NCBI GenBank assembly: GCA_030704615.1
Contig: CM060733.1
Location: 73,594,001-73,658,000 of the forward strand
From: Takakia lepidozioides
Lineage: Eukaryota; Plantae; Bryophyta
Direction: 5' to 3'
DNA: 64,000 bases
Both the position numbers and the translations under genes were made by a program. Below, in pieces: positions 1-11,899 of the stretch. The stretch's first letter is position 1. Each line of letters opens with the position of its first letter. The notes below the pieces were generated by a model. That model was not told the origin of the DNA. It searched no databases and saw only the letters and a list, made by a program, of their open reading frames with translations.

Positions 1-2726
1 GAATGTTGTATTGCTTTACTACAGATGGCTCGTTATGTTGCCGGGGCACGCGCCCTGTGCTCAAAGGAGATGGCGATCTTGAACGTGCAGGACTTCCGGT
101 GCTCGACGAGACCTCCTCGGACAACATCACCGGACCACGAGGGAGCGTGCGAATATTCTTGTCAGCTCGCCATGAATCCTCTTCTCCGCCAGGTGCCTCG
201 TCAAGTCTTCGTCTCACTGGACGGGTATGAACATCTCCTTCCAAATGTTGGCCTCTTCGCAGCAATGGCGTGTCCCGAAGGCCCTCTCGCAAGGCCGCCG
301 CCCACTTCCGAGGATTCTTCGATCTGGAGGCAGTCCGCATCAGCATTTCCTGCCTGTCCGGCCCCAAGCCCCACTGTTTCCCTTTCAAGAACTCGTTGTA
401 CCTGCATTGCTGCATAATTGACCTCACAATGTCCTCCGTTGTGGCAGTGAGGATGTCCACCAGATGCGCCGCAGAGGAGGCACGCCAGGAAGAGTGCACT
501 GATTCGGCCATGTTTGTCGTGGGCATGTCGGTGTCGGAGTCGAGACACATTTCCTGCACAAGCACATGTTCAGGTTACAAGCAAGTTACAAATATGGCCA
601 AGAATAATATCCAACGGGACGCGAATTCGTGCAACTCACCTCCCGCATATAGTCGCCGAACTGAAGAAACGATAATGCCACCATGCTAGCCAACTGACCA
701 TTGCTCCTTCGTCTGATTTCCTTACAGCACCTGACGATGTCCACCAAGCCCGTATGCATGCAAACTGTGTCTCTGCATCATCCAAGGTGGGAGCGCGCTT
801 CCACGCAAGGCACATGGAACGGTGCTCCTCTCTGAAATCTGGCGCCACGAGCCTGGTTGTGTACTGCGAAAGGCTCTGCAGAAAATGGAACCCACAAGAT
901 CTCTCCTTGCCTTCCATGGGAACATTGGGGTCTTGCCCGTACACCCTTCGGATGGCAGCCCAATTTGCTTGTGCGTTGTCCGCCATGAAACCACGGAAAT
1001 TCGGAGGGGGCAATCCCGCCTTGGCCATCTGTTCGTTTATTCCCTGCCAAAGAAGCATCTCCGATTGTGTGTCCTCTCCTTTCATCTCACAAATAGCAAT
1101 TGTCATTAGCATCCTGCAGTGGGTGTCGTAGACATGTGCACCCATTGTCACCCACTGGTGATTTGTAATTCGCTTGATATGGTCGAACATGACCCAACTG
1201 TTTGACAAGTTCCCACTCGTCATCCTGTCGACCAGTTCGACGCCACTGCCAGGTCCACACGTGGACATTTTGAATACGAAACAACGATCTGCCTCAGTCC
1301 CTTGTCCTGGAAACCTACTTCCATGAATGTAGTCATATCCACATCGTCGCTTCACCTCCAGAATGGAGTGCATATCCGAGCCACGCCCAATTTTCTGTTT
1401 GCATGAGACAATGTGGTTTCGGACATTCGGTGAACATACGTGGGACACCGACTCCAGCAATGCCTCCATTTCCTTCTCGTCGAGAGGAACTCTATCGGAG
1501 CCGTCTTCCGACATAATTCTGGCCAATGCCATCTTATGGGCGGCTTGGAGCTGTATCTGTTTGGGTTTGGCACCCGGTCTCAACTTAACCTCCTCCTGAA
1601 CGAGCTGCTCTGCTTCGTGGGCAGCCTCCCGCGAGTTCCCCCTCGCCAATTTGTGACAATGGGAACCAACGTGTATGCAAGCTCGGGTGAGGTCAGGGAA
1701 ACGGTGCAACACATAGAACTGCTTGGCATTACAAACAGACATGCAGTGTGGTGGTTCTTTGCAATGCGCACACTTAAATGTGGAGTTCGGAACCTTCTCC
1801 TGAGCTCGAAATGGTTGGTGAGCTGTGCCTGTCCAATCGGTCTCGTTCCTGTGACCTCTGGATTTAAAGTGGAAGCAAGTTGGGGAGAAACACCGCAACG
1901 CGCCCGCACAAACAACGTAGCGCACCCGCACACCATCTAGCATCTTCATGCTGGTGGTTTTGGTAACGCACCAAGGATGACCGTCATGTTTTCTATCCAT
2001 ATCTGTCAACATTCCGGACGCCCTCGAGTAGTCCGCCCGAGGAGGGAACTCAAAGAAGATATTACCGTCGACGTCGGCGGGAAGGCATGTAACCGATTTA
2101 ATTGCGAACTTGCTGTAGTCCAGCCCGGCCAGCTCCGACCGGTGTCCCTCCAGGTGAAGCCCTCGCAGAATTTCTAGAATAGATCGAACTGCGGTGCTCG
2201 TGCTGGGAATATGACTCCCTCCTCCACTGACGTCCATTGAGGACTTGCCTGATCTCCAGGACGACCTCGGAACTTCCATGACCTCGTCTGAGTCGGACAG
2301 GTTGTGAACAACCCGGTTCTCGGTCGTCTTCATGGATGGGTTCGGCTCTGGATTTACTTCGTTGCGGACTTCTCTCTTTGAGGTACCCACTCTCTGATTC
2401 GCGGATTGTTTCGTGGAAGGCGCCAGGATAGACGGTGCATTTGGCGGGCAAATGAAGTCCCCAACAGCCCTGTATATGACGCTGTCCGATGGTGGAACTC
2501 GCCATTCCCTGCCATCGCCGAAATCATCGTGGAGCACAACAATACTCTCGACAACAAGGCCGTTTGAGTCCTTCCTTTCCTCCTCCAAAAAAACCGACCC
2601 CGGTTTCAGGTGGTATCGAACGCACAGATATTTCTCCATCACCCGGCAGGTGTCCCCTCTGCACGGAAATGAAGCTCTATGCTCGTGAGGAGGGCAGTAC
2701 ACTGTAGCGCTCGGGTTTTCCGCCAT
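1..2726 (-). CDS. Mutator-like (MULE) DDE transposase with N-terminal GCM/WRKY-like zinc finger; exons 2726-640 and 553-<1; 3' end outside window
   Basis: Zinc-finger region DGHPW...CAGALRCFSPTC...CAHC...C...CIHVGSHCH. Catalytic motifs WVMFDH (D1), FMADNAQANW (D2) and CGFHF (C(2)H). GT-AG intron 639-554, then an open exon reading EMCLDSDTDMPTTNMAESVHSSW (catalytic E). A 1-nt frameshift near 668 is needed to join the exons. Confidence 0.8.
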
Positions 2727-3004
2727 GGGAGATGTGCACACAAGACTGCCAGGATGGCGTGCGGGGAAGCTCCCTGGTAGAAGGGGGTGCAGCGATGGGA
2801 ATGAATGCGATGCCGATTTGTCCGAGCGACGAAGCCTGATCCAAATCCAGGGAGCCAACTATCTCAAAAATCCACAGTCAGAGTGTTAATGAACCTTGTC
2901 TCCGGAATGCGGCCCCTCGTCTTTGCGCAATAACTGCCAACGGTATGCAGTCAGAAAGTGGGGGCCGTCCGGATGATGACGGCTGAAGGGGAGAAGCCGG
3001 CACC

Positions 3005-5030
3005 GTGCCGTCACATTACTACCCCCGAATGGAAATTCGGCACCCAATATCCAACAGAGGAAGCCCGGATGAAGTCGCCTCGGGCGCAGAGGCCGGAGTG
3101 TGTGCGACAGAGAACATCCCCTGGATGGAGATTCGGCGCCGAATTTCCATCCGGGCCCCCCAAAGGGAGTCGTGTCGGGGGGTCAGGCCGAAAACTGGAC
3201 AGCATAAAAACATCCCCAGATGGAAAAACGGCGCCGAATTTCCATCCGGGGCGGTTCGGATGCAGTCGGGGAGGGGGGAGTGGCCTGCACTTGGCCGTCA
3301 CATTTCAACCCCCGGACGGAAATTCGGCACCGAATATCGAACAGGGGACGCCCGGATGAAGTCGCCTCGGGCGCAGAGGCCGGCGAGTGTGCGACAGAGA
3401 ACATCCCCTGGACGGAGATTCGGCGCCGAATTTCCATCCGGGCCCCCCCAAAGGAAGTCTTGTCGGGGGGTCAGACCGAAAACTGGCCGACATAAAAACC
3501 TCCACAGATGGGAAAACGGCGCCGAATTTCAATTCGGGGCCGTTCCAATGCAGTCGGGGAGAAGGGAGAGGTCGGCACCTGGCCGTCATATTTCAACCCC
3601 CGGGACGGAAATTCGGCACCGAATATCCAACAGAGCGGCGGAGAGGCGGCACCTCTCCGACAGAGACCATCCCCCGGATGGAAATTCGGCGCCGAATTTC
3701 CATCCAGCAGGTAAGTGGAATCTCGGATGGATGGAGATTCGGCGCCGAATTTCCATCAAGCAGGTAACTCGAATCCCGCATAAATGGGAATTCGGCGCCG
3801 AATTTCCATCCTGCAGGTAATTCGAATCCCTGCTGGATGGAAATTTGGCGCCGAATTTCCATCCAGCAGGTAAGTCGGATCGGTGCCGTATGGATATTCG
3901 GCGCCGAATTTCCATTCGCCATGTATTTCTGAGCGAGGAATTACCTTCGTGCAGGTAATTCCCAGATGACAATTACCTTCGTGCAGGTAATTTCCAGATG
4001 AGAATTACCTTCCTGCAGGTAATTCCAACCGATGTTAATTCCTCGTCCATAATTACCTGCACGAAGGTAATTCTCATCTGGGAATTACCTGCACGAAGGT
4101 AATTCTTATATGGGAATTACCTGCACGAAGGTAATTCCTCGCTCAGAAATACATGCCGAATGGAAATTCGGCGCCGAATATCCATACGGCACCGATCCGA
4201 CTTACCTGCAGGATGGAAATTCGGCGCCGAATTTCCATTTATGCGGGATTCGACTTACCTGCTCGATGGAAATTCGGCGCCGAATTTCCAATCATCCGGT
4301 ATTCGAATTACCTGCAGGATGGAAATTCGGCGCCGAATCTCCATCCATCCGAGATTCCACTTACCTGCTGGATGGAATTTCGGCGCCGAATTTCCATTCA
4401 TCCGGGATTCGAATTACCTGCAGGATGGAAATTCGGCGCCGAACTACCTGCTTGAGGGAAATTTGGCGCACCGCCCTACCTGCGCGGATGGAAATTCGGC
4501 GCCGGATTTCCATCCGCGCGCTTCCGAATTACCTGCGTGAGGGAAATTTCCAGCGCCGCCCTTCCTCCGCGGATGGAAATTCGTCGCCGGATTTCCATCC
4601 GCGCGCTTCCGAATTACCTGCGTGAGGGAAATTTCCACCGCCGCCCTACCTCCGCGGATGGAAATTCGGCGCCGGATTTCCATCCGCGCGCTTCTGAATT
4701 ACCTGCGTGAGGGAAATTCGGCGCGCCGACCTATCTCCGCGGATGGAAATTCGGCGCTGGATTTCCATCCGAGCGCTTCCGAATTACCTGCGTGAGGGAA
4801 ATTTCCAGCGCCGCCCTACCTGGGTGGATGGAAATTCGTCGCCGGATTTCCATCCGCGCGCTTCCGAATTACCTGCGTGAGGGAAATTTCCAGTGCCGCC
4901 CTTCCTCCGCGGATGGAAATTCGGCGCCGGATATCCATCCTGCTGCGCTCCGAATTACCTGCAGGATGGAAATCCGGCGCCGGAATTCCATCGTGCAGCG
5001 CTCCGAATTACCTCTACGTTGGAAATTCCG
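3005..5030. repeat. Complex array of palindrome GGAAATTCGGCGCCGAATTTCC between the divergent genes
   Basis: About 290-bp units at 3005-3660; 53-bp-period units around a large inverted repeat centred near 4035; 85-bp units at 4484-4950. The palindrome extends to 30 bp (GGATGGAAATTCGGCGCCGAATTTCCATCC) near 3676. Confidence 0.95.
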
Positions 5031-5242
5031 GGACTGTTTACGTCGATTTTCATCCGACATGGAGGGCTTCATCCGACATTTAATTGCGCAGTTGGGCAAT
5101 AAATGTCGACGGCCGTCGGTTATTATTCGGGCTGGCGACGCATGGCTTCCTGGACACGTACCCTAAATCTCATGCTAAACTTGGCTTAACATGGTATTCC
5201 AGGCATGTACCCCAAAAAAGGAGATCTTTTTGGCTGGGACTT

Positions 5243-8200
5243 ATGCCGCCTGAAGGGCGTGGCTCTCCTGAGAGAGACCTCACATCCAGACCGCGGCGGA
5301 AGTTGAAAGCTCTGTACTACGGACGACGGCCAATCTCTCGCATGGCCAAACTGAAGCTCCAGCAGGAGATTCCAGTGTCTTGCTCACAACCTGCGCCAAC
5401 TGAAGCCGAGTACTCTCAGGCAAGCCACTTCTGCTTTCGGTTTGTTCGATTTATTTTTTGCTTTCGCTTTGTTACCTCGCTTTGTTTTTGCATCTTCATC
5501 CTGGCTTTGCTGTATGAGTGAACTTTAGATAGTTGAGTGAACCTTAGATTGTTTGCAATGCGTGTGCAAATCCGGCAGCTCTGGAGAAGGCTGCTTGTGC
5601 ATGTCATTCTTAGGCAATGGTTGCATTTGTTTTCATTGTTGTTGCATGGCTCTCCATACTTCCTAAACTTGTTATGTTTTCATTTTTGCTACATGATTGT
5701 TGCTATGGTGGTTGCGCTGCTCGTTGCGATGCTGCTTTTTGCACCGATGTTGGTTTTCACGATTTTTGTCAATGACAGAGTGACGACGAGCCCGGCACGC
5801 TGGTGGTATCATCGACAGCTCCAACTCATCGCATGTTTGAATCGCGCAACTTGGGGCGAGAGGGCAAACTTAAACCTTTTGTTGGTGGACGGGAGGACTT
5901 GCAACGAGATTACGACAGAGTAGGCATTGGGGAGGTTGGTGCAGGCGGCATGGCAGGTGAAGGGCGTGAGGACATGAGGACAGCAGATCCGGCAATGGAG
6001 GTTGTTCATGCACATGCAGTAGGGCCCGCCCACGCAAAGAAAAAGAAGAAAGCTAAGCACATGCAATCCCCGGCGAGAGAGCAGTCACGGGCTGCGGAGG
6101 GGGAGTGAGCAGTGCGCGCGAGGGTGTCAGTTCGCCTCAATCAAAGGTGGTCGTCCTGGAGGGCTCCCCTGCTGCTAGCCCTAGTAAGAAACAGAAAGCC
6201 CGTGAGAGGGCAAAAGAGAGGGCAAAAGAACAGACGAGACAGAATGCTAGCCAGGAGGAAAGACAAAAGGCAGCTGAAGAGGCCAGGGGTGCCCAAATGA
6301 CAGATGCCAATGTAAGCGAGGGACCCACAGAGACGGTGGATCCCTACAAGACACCACAGAGAGGCAGTAGCACACCGGTTAGACCATCGCGGGCAAGAGC
6401 AGCCCCCGCAATTACCCATACGGTGGAGAGTGGAGGAGAGGAAAGAACACCTGAAAGAGCACGGATTGTGCAAGTTCGAGGTGAAGCCAGGGAGAGGGCA
6501 GTAGAGACGACGAGAGTGCTGGAGGTGGTTTCGCAGGTGGCTGACCCTGTTGAGGAGGACGACATGGAGGTTTCTGACCAGGATGACATCCTCCCGGACA
6601 TCCCCAGGCCCCAAACCCGGAGCATACAGGCTGGATTTGGCGGTCCTGGTGGGCTGCCGGAAAACCCCTCTGCAGCAGACGTCATGTCTGAGGCGGATAT
6701 GAAGTTGGCCGCTGCCAAGATGTTGGAGGCAACCCACAGCAACATTGGCAGGGTGCTGGGGGGCATGGTGTACCCGGCCAAGCTTCGAATTCCCCTTTGC
6801 CGCTTGGTGTCATTGCAGGTGGTGAGACCTGCCCTCCCAGGCGATATCGACAAGCTGAAATTCTCTTTCCGGGATGGATATCGAATGGGGTCTGCCGCCT
6901 TTTACGTTTCCATTGAGAACGACCACGGAGCTTCCCGTGCCCACACTTCCGATGAGGTGGACAAATGGGGTCCCCATTGGCAAACGCGAAATGAGGAGTT
7001 CGAGAGATCGATTGCTAGTGATCCTCTTTTCCAGCACATGTCCGGTAAGATGTTCTACGTGTGGGACGGCAATCATCGCCTCCTGGCATGGATGGAGCAC
7101 ATTGCCCAAGCCCACCCCAACGATCTCGATTGGCATTTCGCCGTCGATTGTGTTGTGCTGAAGGTTGCGGGGCCCAAAGATCGCAGTCTTCTCAAAGCTG
7201 CAATGGCCGACATCAACTCGTAAGCTACAACCCCTCTCGCTTTTGGACTTTGAATTTGGAAGTCATTTCATTGCGAATCCTCATATATGATGAAAATTCC
7301 CATTTCAGTATTGTTTGATGGAAATGTGGCACTGCAGGGTGACTGAGAATGCCTTCATTGCCACCAACTTGTCCCATATGCTCTTCGAGTGAAGGATGTC
7401 GGGAAGCAGGGGGTGCAAGAGTTTGCCAATTCCCTCAGTGCCGACCTCCTGCGCAAGTCGGAGGCAAAGGCAGACAGAACCTGGTATAGGCTGAGCGTCG
7501 ACGCCATGGTGGACTACATATTTCGGGTAAAGCTCCTGACAGTTTTGTTGAGCTAATCTGTCTCTCCTCCCCCAATAGAAGAAATTGTGTTGAGCAGGAT
7601 CTCTAATCTTATGTGCGCATTCTTGACAGACGAAAATACAGCAGGATTTGGCACATGCGCGGAGGTTCTACATGGAGTCAGAGGAGAAGAATCCAACCCT
7701 CCCGGAACTCGAATCGTATGTCAAAGCTGCGGAGGTGAGGGCCCGCATAAAGTACAAGTCGCGGATGGTAAAGTACGTGGCCATAGCTGATCCCGCCCTT
7801 GGTGCCGACTTTCTGGTGGAGGTGGGAAGCACTACTCTCGCGCTCTGAAGCCCACGATGACATTGGAGAAGCTCCATCGTCTAGCCACATCCTGTGTGGA
7901 TGCAACAGAAAAGGTGATACATTCTTAACAAAATTGTGGTGGCAACAACTCCTTTTTGTGGTGTTTGGCGCTTACGAATATGCTGGGTGGTTGGACAGAC
8001 CCGGTGGCTCCAAATCTGGAATGGTTCCCAAAGTACCAGGGACATGTGGAGCTTCCCCAAACCGGACAAACTCTCTGACCCCACATTCGACATGTGGATG
8101 AACCGCATGACATGGTGGTTTCAGGTACTTCCCCACGCTTCGTTTGGGGCTTCTACTCTAGTAGGGGGTGGATTCATTGTATTTTTTGAGGAAAGCGATC

Positions 8201-11200
8201 TGATGGACAATCTCCACAGGTGACGACGAATGCGCAAGAGCAGCTGGACACACAAGCACATCAGTTCAAGATGGAGATATCTCCTGCAGCAGAGAGCCTA
8301 CGTGACTATGTGACGAGGTACTTTCTGCTCTACAAAACCAACCTATTCTTTCGGGAGATAGCAGATGCTCGCCGGAGCCACGAGTTCACCGACCAGCCGA
8401 ACGCGGACAAAGCAGCAATGCGCCTTCTGTACAGGTACATACGCGCTGCCTTTCTTTCAAGTCCTGGCATTTCAGGATGTTAGAGGCCTCAAGTGGTGTT
8501 AGGGAAAATGGCGCCGAATTTCCAGTCAGGGCTCCGAAAATGGCTAAGTCCCTAGACTGGCTGGCCCGGAACTGGAAATTCGGCGCCATTTTCCAGTTCC
8601 AGGCCCTATTGCCGTTCAGGGACTTAGCCATTTTCGGCCTAAGTCCCTAGACTGGCTGGCCCTGAAGTGGAAATTCGGCGCCATATTCCAGTTTTAGGCC
8701 CTATTGCCGTTCAGGGACTTAGCCATTTTCGGCCTAAGTCCCTAGTGTGGCTGGCCCTGAACTGGAAATTCGGCGCCGTTTTCCAGTTCTAGGCCCTATT
8801 GCCGTCCAGGGACTTAGCCATTTTCGGGCTAAGTCCCTAGACTGGCTGGCCCTGAACTGGAAATTCGGCGCCTTTCCAGTTCCAGGCCTATTGCCGTTCA
8901 GGGACTTAGCCATTTTCGGGCTAAGTCCCTAGACTGGCTGGCCCTGAAGTGGAAATTCGGCGCCATATTCCAGTTCCAGGCCCTATTGCCGTCCAGGGAC
9001 TTAGCCATTTTCGGTCTAAGTCCCTAGGGTGGCTGGCCCGGAACTGGAAATTCGGCGCCGTTTTCCAGTTCTAGGCCCTATTGCCGTCCAGGGACTTAGC
9101 CATTTTCAGGCTAAGTCCCTAGGGTGGCTGGCCCGGAACTGGAAATTCGGCGCCGTTTTCCAGTTCTAGGCCCTATTGCCGTCCAGGGACTTAGCCATTT
9201 TCGGGCTAAGTCCCTAGACTGGCTGGCTCTGAACTGGAAATTCGGCGCCATTTTCCAGTTCCAGGCCGTATTGCCGTTCGGGGACTTAGCCATTTTCGGG
9301 CTAAGTCCCTAGACTGGGTGGCCCTGAAGTGGAAATTCGGCGCCATATTCCAGTTGTAGGCCCTATTGCCGTTCAGGGACTTAGCCATTTTCGGACCTCA
9401 TTGTGTTTTTCATGAATGCAGGTACTGTAAGTTCTCCCTTTTGGAGAAAGGTCATCTGTCTTTCGAGCCACCATTCTTCCTGGCATGGAGGAACCCTGGG
9501 GCTGACTCCATGTACACTGACGATATTGTGAAGGAGTGGCATCTGGAACATTTGCGTGATTGCCCTTGGTATGTGGACCTTCCGCCCGGCTCGCTCGACC
9601 CATCCGAGTTTCAATTGAAGCTGGATGCTGAATTCCGACGAAACCGGGCTCCGCTGCCTCCGTTGGGTGCAAAAGAGGCAAAAGCGCTTGCGAACTCCAG
9701 GAAAGCGGCAGAGCTTGCTCAGGCAGGAATTCAGGAGAAATTGCATGAGAAGAGTAAAGGTCAAAGGAAAAGGACAAGGAAACAGGTGACTGCAGTAACA
9801 CCCAAAAAGAAGAAAACCATCGGGCATCGGAGGAGGCGCAGGAGGGGACCCAAGAGAGTGACTCCGACGCCGATTTTGTTCAAGGTCCTGCGACTGCTGT
9901 TGCTCCTACCCAGTCACCGGTCGTCCGGGTTCCCAAGTCAGTTCGGAGTGGGACTGGCTCTGCCAAGAAGTTGGCATTTGAGGGCGAGCCTACACGGCGG
10001 TATTCGGCGGTGACGTTTACGCACAGGCCAAAGCTAGAACCTCCAACCATCATCCAATGCGTCAATGAGAGCTTCCTTGACGCTCTCGCTGCCAGGGCGA
10101 AGAAGGTGGCACACAACAAGTCTCTGGCGGAGCAGAAGGGGAAAGCCAAGAAGAGGGCTGCCGGTACAGAGCCTAAAGACACCCCTGGTTTTGAAGCCAT
10201 GATGGAATTCTTCACGGCTGTGAGCACGAATTGCAAGAGCACTCGGGGGGGGTTGAGGTGGAGAGAGCTTGCGACATGATTCTCCTCGACATTCCAGATG
10301 GGGAGCTGCTGGAGGGCCTGGATGGTGTGCCCACCTGGAACAGGTTTACTGAGGACTACTGGAAAGCCGGGTTTGGGCTGGCGGGGATGCTTCTGGATGA
10401 CGGTGGATGTGTGGTTGTCCTTGCCACGAGAGGGAAGACCACAGAGAATGCGGTGGCAAGGTGGACACCGAAAAGTGTCACCCCGGTCCTCCTCAGAAAA
10501 TGGTTCTGCATCAGTACGCAGGGGTTGCGAACAGAGGGCCAAAGTGTAAGTTATCAATCTATTGCATTCACTTCATATTGTGGTGTATGTTAAGTAGACC
10601 CTGGAATTGATCCCTTCTTTGTTGGATGTGCAGACATTGGTGTTTGAGGCATATTGCTTTGTGAAGAGAGGTCTACGTTCAAATTCCGCAACGACGGTCG
10701 TCTTGTTGATGCCGCTGTGGACCCTGTAACCTACGATGTCCTCTACAACTATGTGCCCCACTCTAGTATGCCGAAGGACACAAAGACAGGCAAACCGTGG
10801 CGGTACAGCCGGACCCGGAGCCCTGCTTTCATCCAAACCCTCATGGAGACGTGCTCGGATGTCCAAGGGCGGATTCTGGACCTCACATGCGGCACGGGTA
10901 AGCCTTCACGTGCTCAGTTTGTCCCCTGGCCCCATTGCAATTGCATGCCGCAAGCTATTAACCGCCCGCTTTGTTCCTCAGGTGCTTCAATGTGGGCAGG
11001 GACGTTGTCCGACAGGCATGTGTTTGCCTTCGAGCCAGATACTGCCCTCCACAACTCGGAACTTGCAGCGGCTGAACGTCTGCCGAAAGAGGAAGAGGCA
11101 TCCTCGGAGGATGAGGAAAAATCCGAGAAGGAGCAGGGGGAGGAAGTTGGGATCGAGGCCGAGGAGCCCCCGGTTTACGAGTGAGTGGTGGCATTGTAAG

Positions 11201-11767
11201 TTGCCTCCAGATTTTGTGAGGCACCTCCCTCCGCTCTCTTATTTCATTGAAAACCCTTTCTGGTTGTGCTGGTATTGACATTCTTCAAGTGGATTTGTTC
11301 TTACTGTAGGATGCCAAGTACTGCCGGAGGGACGTCTACACCGGAGTTCATGGGCAGGAGGAACGTGCCTTTTTTTGCCAGGGGGGATTTCATGCCTAGT
11401 CCAGAAAGGGAGTACATCCTTCCTACTTATGCTGCCCGGCTTGCTTCGGTGTCCATTAGGAGGTGTTCCGAACGTAGTCGTGTACAGCAGATTTTAGACG
11501 AGGCAAGCCTCAAGAAAATGAAGATGAGGGAGGAGGCAGCAGCTATTAGAGCCCGTCGGGCTCGTAGATTTGTGTTGGATTCTGCTGAGGAAAGTGGGGA
11601 GAAGACGCAGAAGATTCCCAGGAGGTGAGGTGGACAGTCCCCCAAGGAGAGGACGGGATTTTTGAGAGGCATAGTGGAACTGATGCATCACAGAGCTCGG
11701 AGGATGAGGGGATGAGGGGGATGAGGAAGAAGGTGGGGCAAGTTCCTCGGAGGGTGTAGGAGAGTAG
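5243..11767 (+). CDS. Multi-exon ParB/Srx-like domain plus beta-class N4/N6 DNA methyltransferase-like protein (element cargo; several 1-nt frameshifts)
   Basis: Approximate exons 5243-5419 (GC donor), 5779-7219, 7338-7526, 7630-7821, ~7910-8124, 8220-8434, 9422-10545, 10634-10897, 10982-11180, 11310-~11767; phases checked at most junctions. ParB-like MFYVWDGNHRLLAW at ~7050-7090. Motif IV-like DMILLDIPDG (10273-10302) precedes the motif X/I region RSPAFIQTLMETCSDVQGRILDLTCGTG|ASMWAGTLSDRHVFAFEPD, which is beta-class order. Start codon uncertain. Confidence 0.72.
8533..9394. repeat. Intronic tandem array, about 9 x 95-bp self-complementary units containing the element palindrome
   Basis: Unit CTAAGTCCCT...GAACTGGAAATTCGGCGCCATTTTCCAGTTC...AGGGACTTAG inside intron 8435-9421. 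Array bracketed by the inverted pair TCCGAAAATGGCTAAGTCCCT / AGGGACTTAGCCATTTTCGGA. Confidence 0.95.
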
Positions 11768-11899
11768 TGCCCATTCCGGCTATGACAGTTAGAACACACT
11801 TGTATAGACGTGGCTTGCCACAAAATTTGCAATAAAATGTTGCATTTCAAGTCCACTGGTGCCACATTCCAACTTCACATGACCCTATTTCCGTGCCTC

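Noticed and set aside
201-548. 115-aa minus-strand ORF and the plus-strand ORFs over the transposase
   Set aside because: Wrong frame or antisense; the coding frame is the open exon 553-<1 containing TNMAESVH.
2958-5166. Many overlapping ORFs with MEIRRRISI, WKFGAEFP or GNSAPNFH repeats (also 8747-9388, 15691-16669, 60449-61553, 62661-63989)
   Set aside because: These are translations of the palindrome in all frames on both strands, not proteins.
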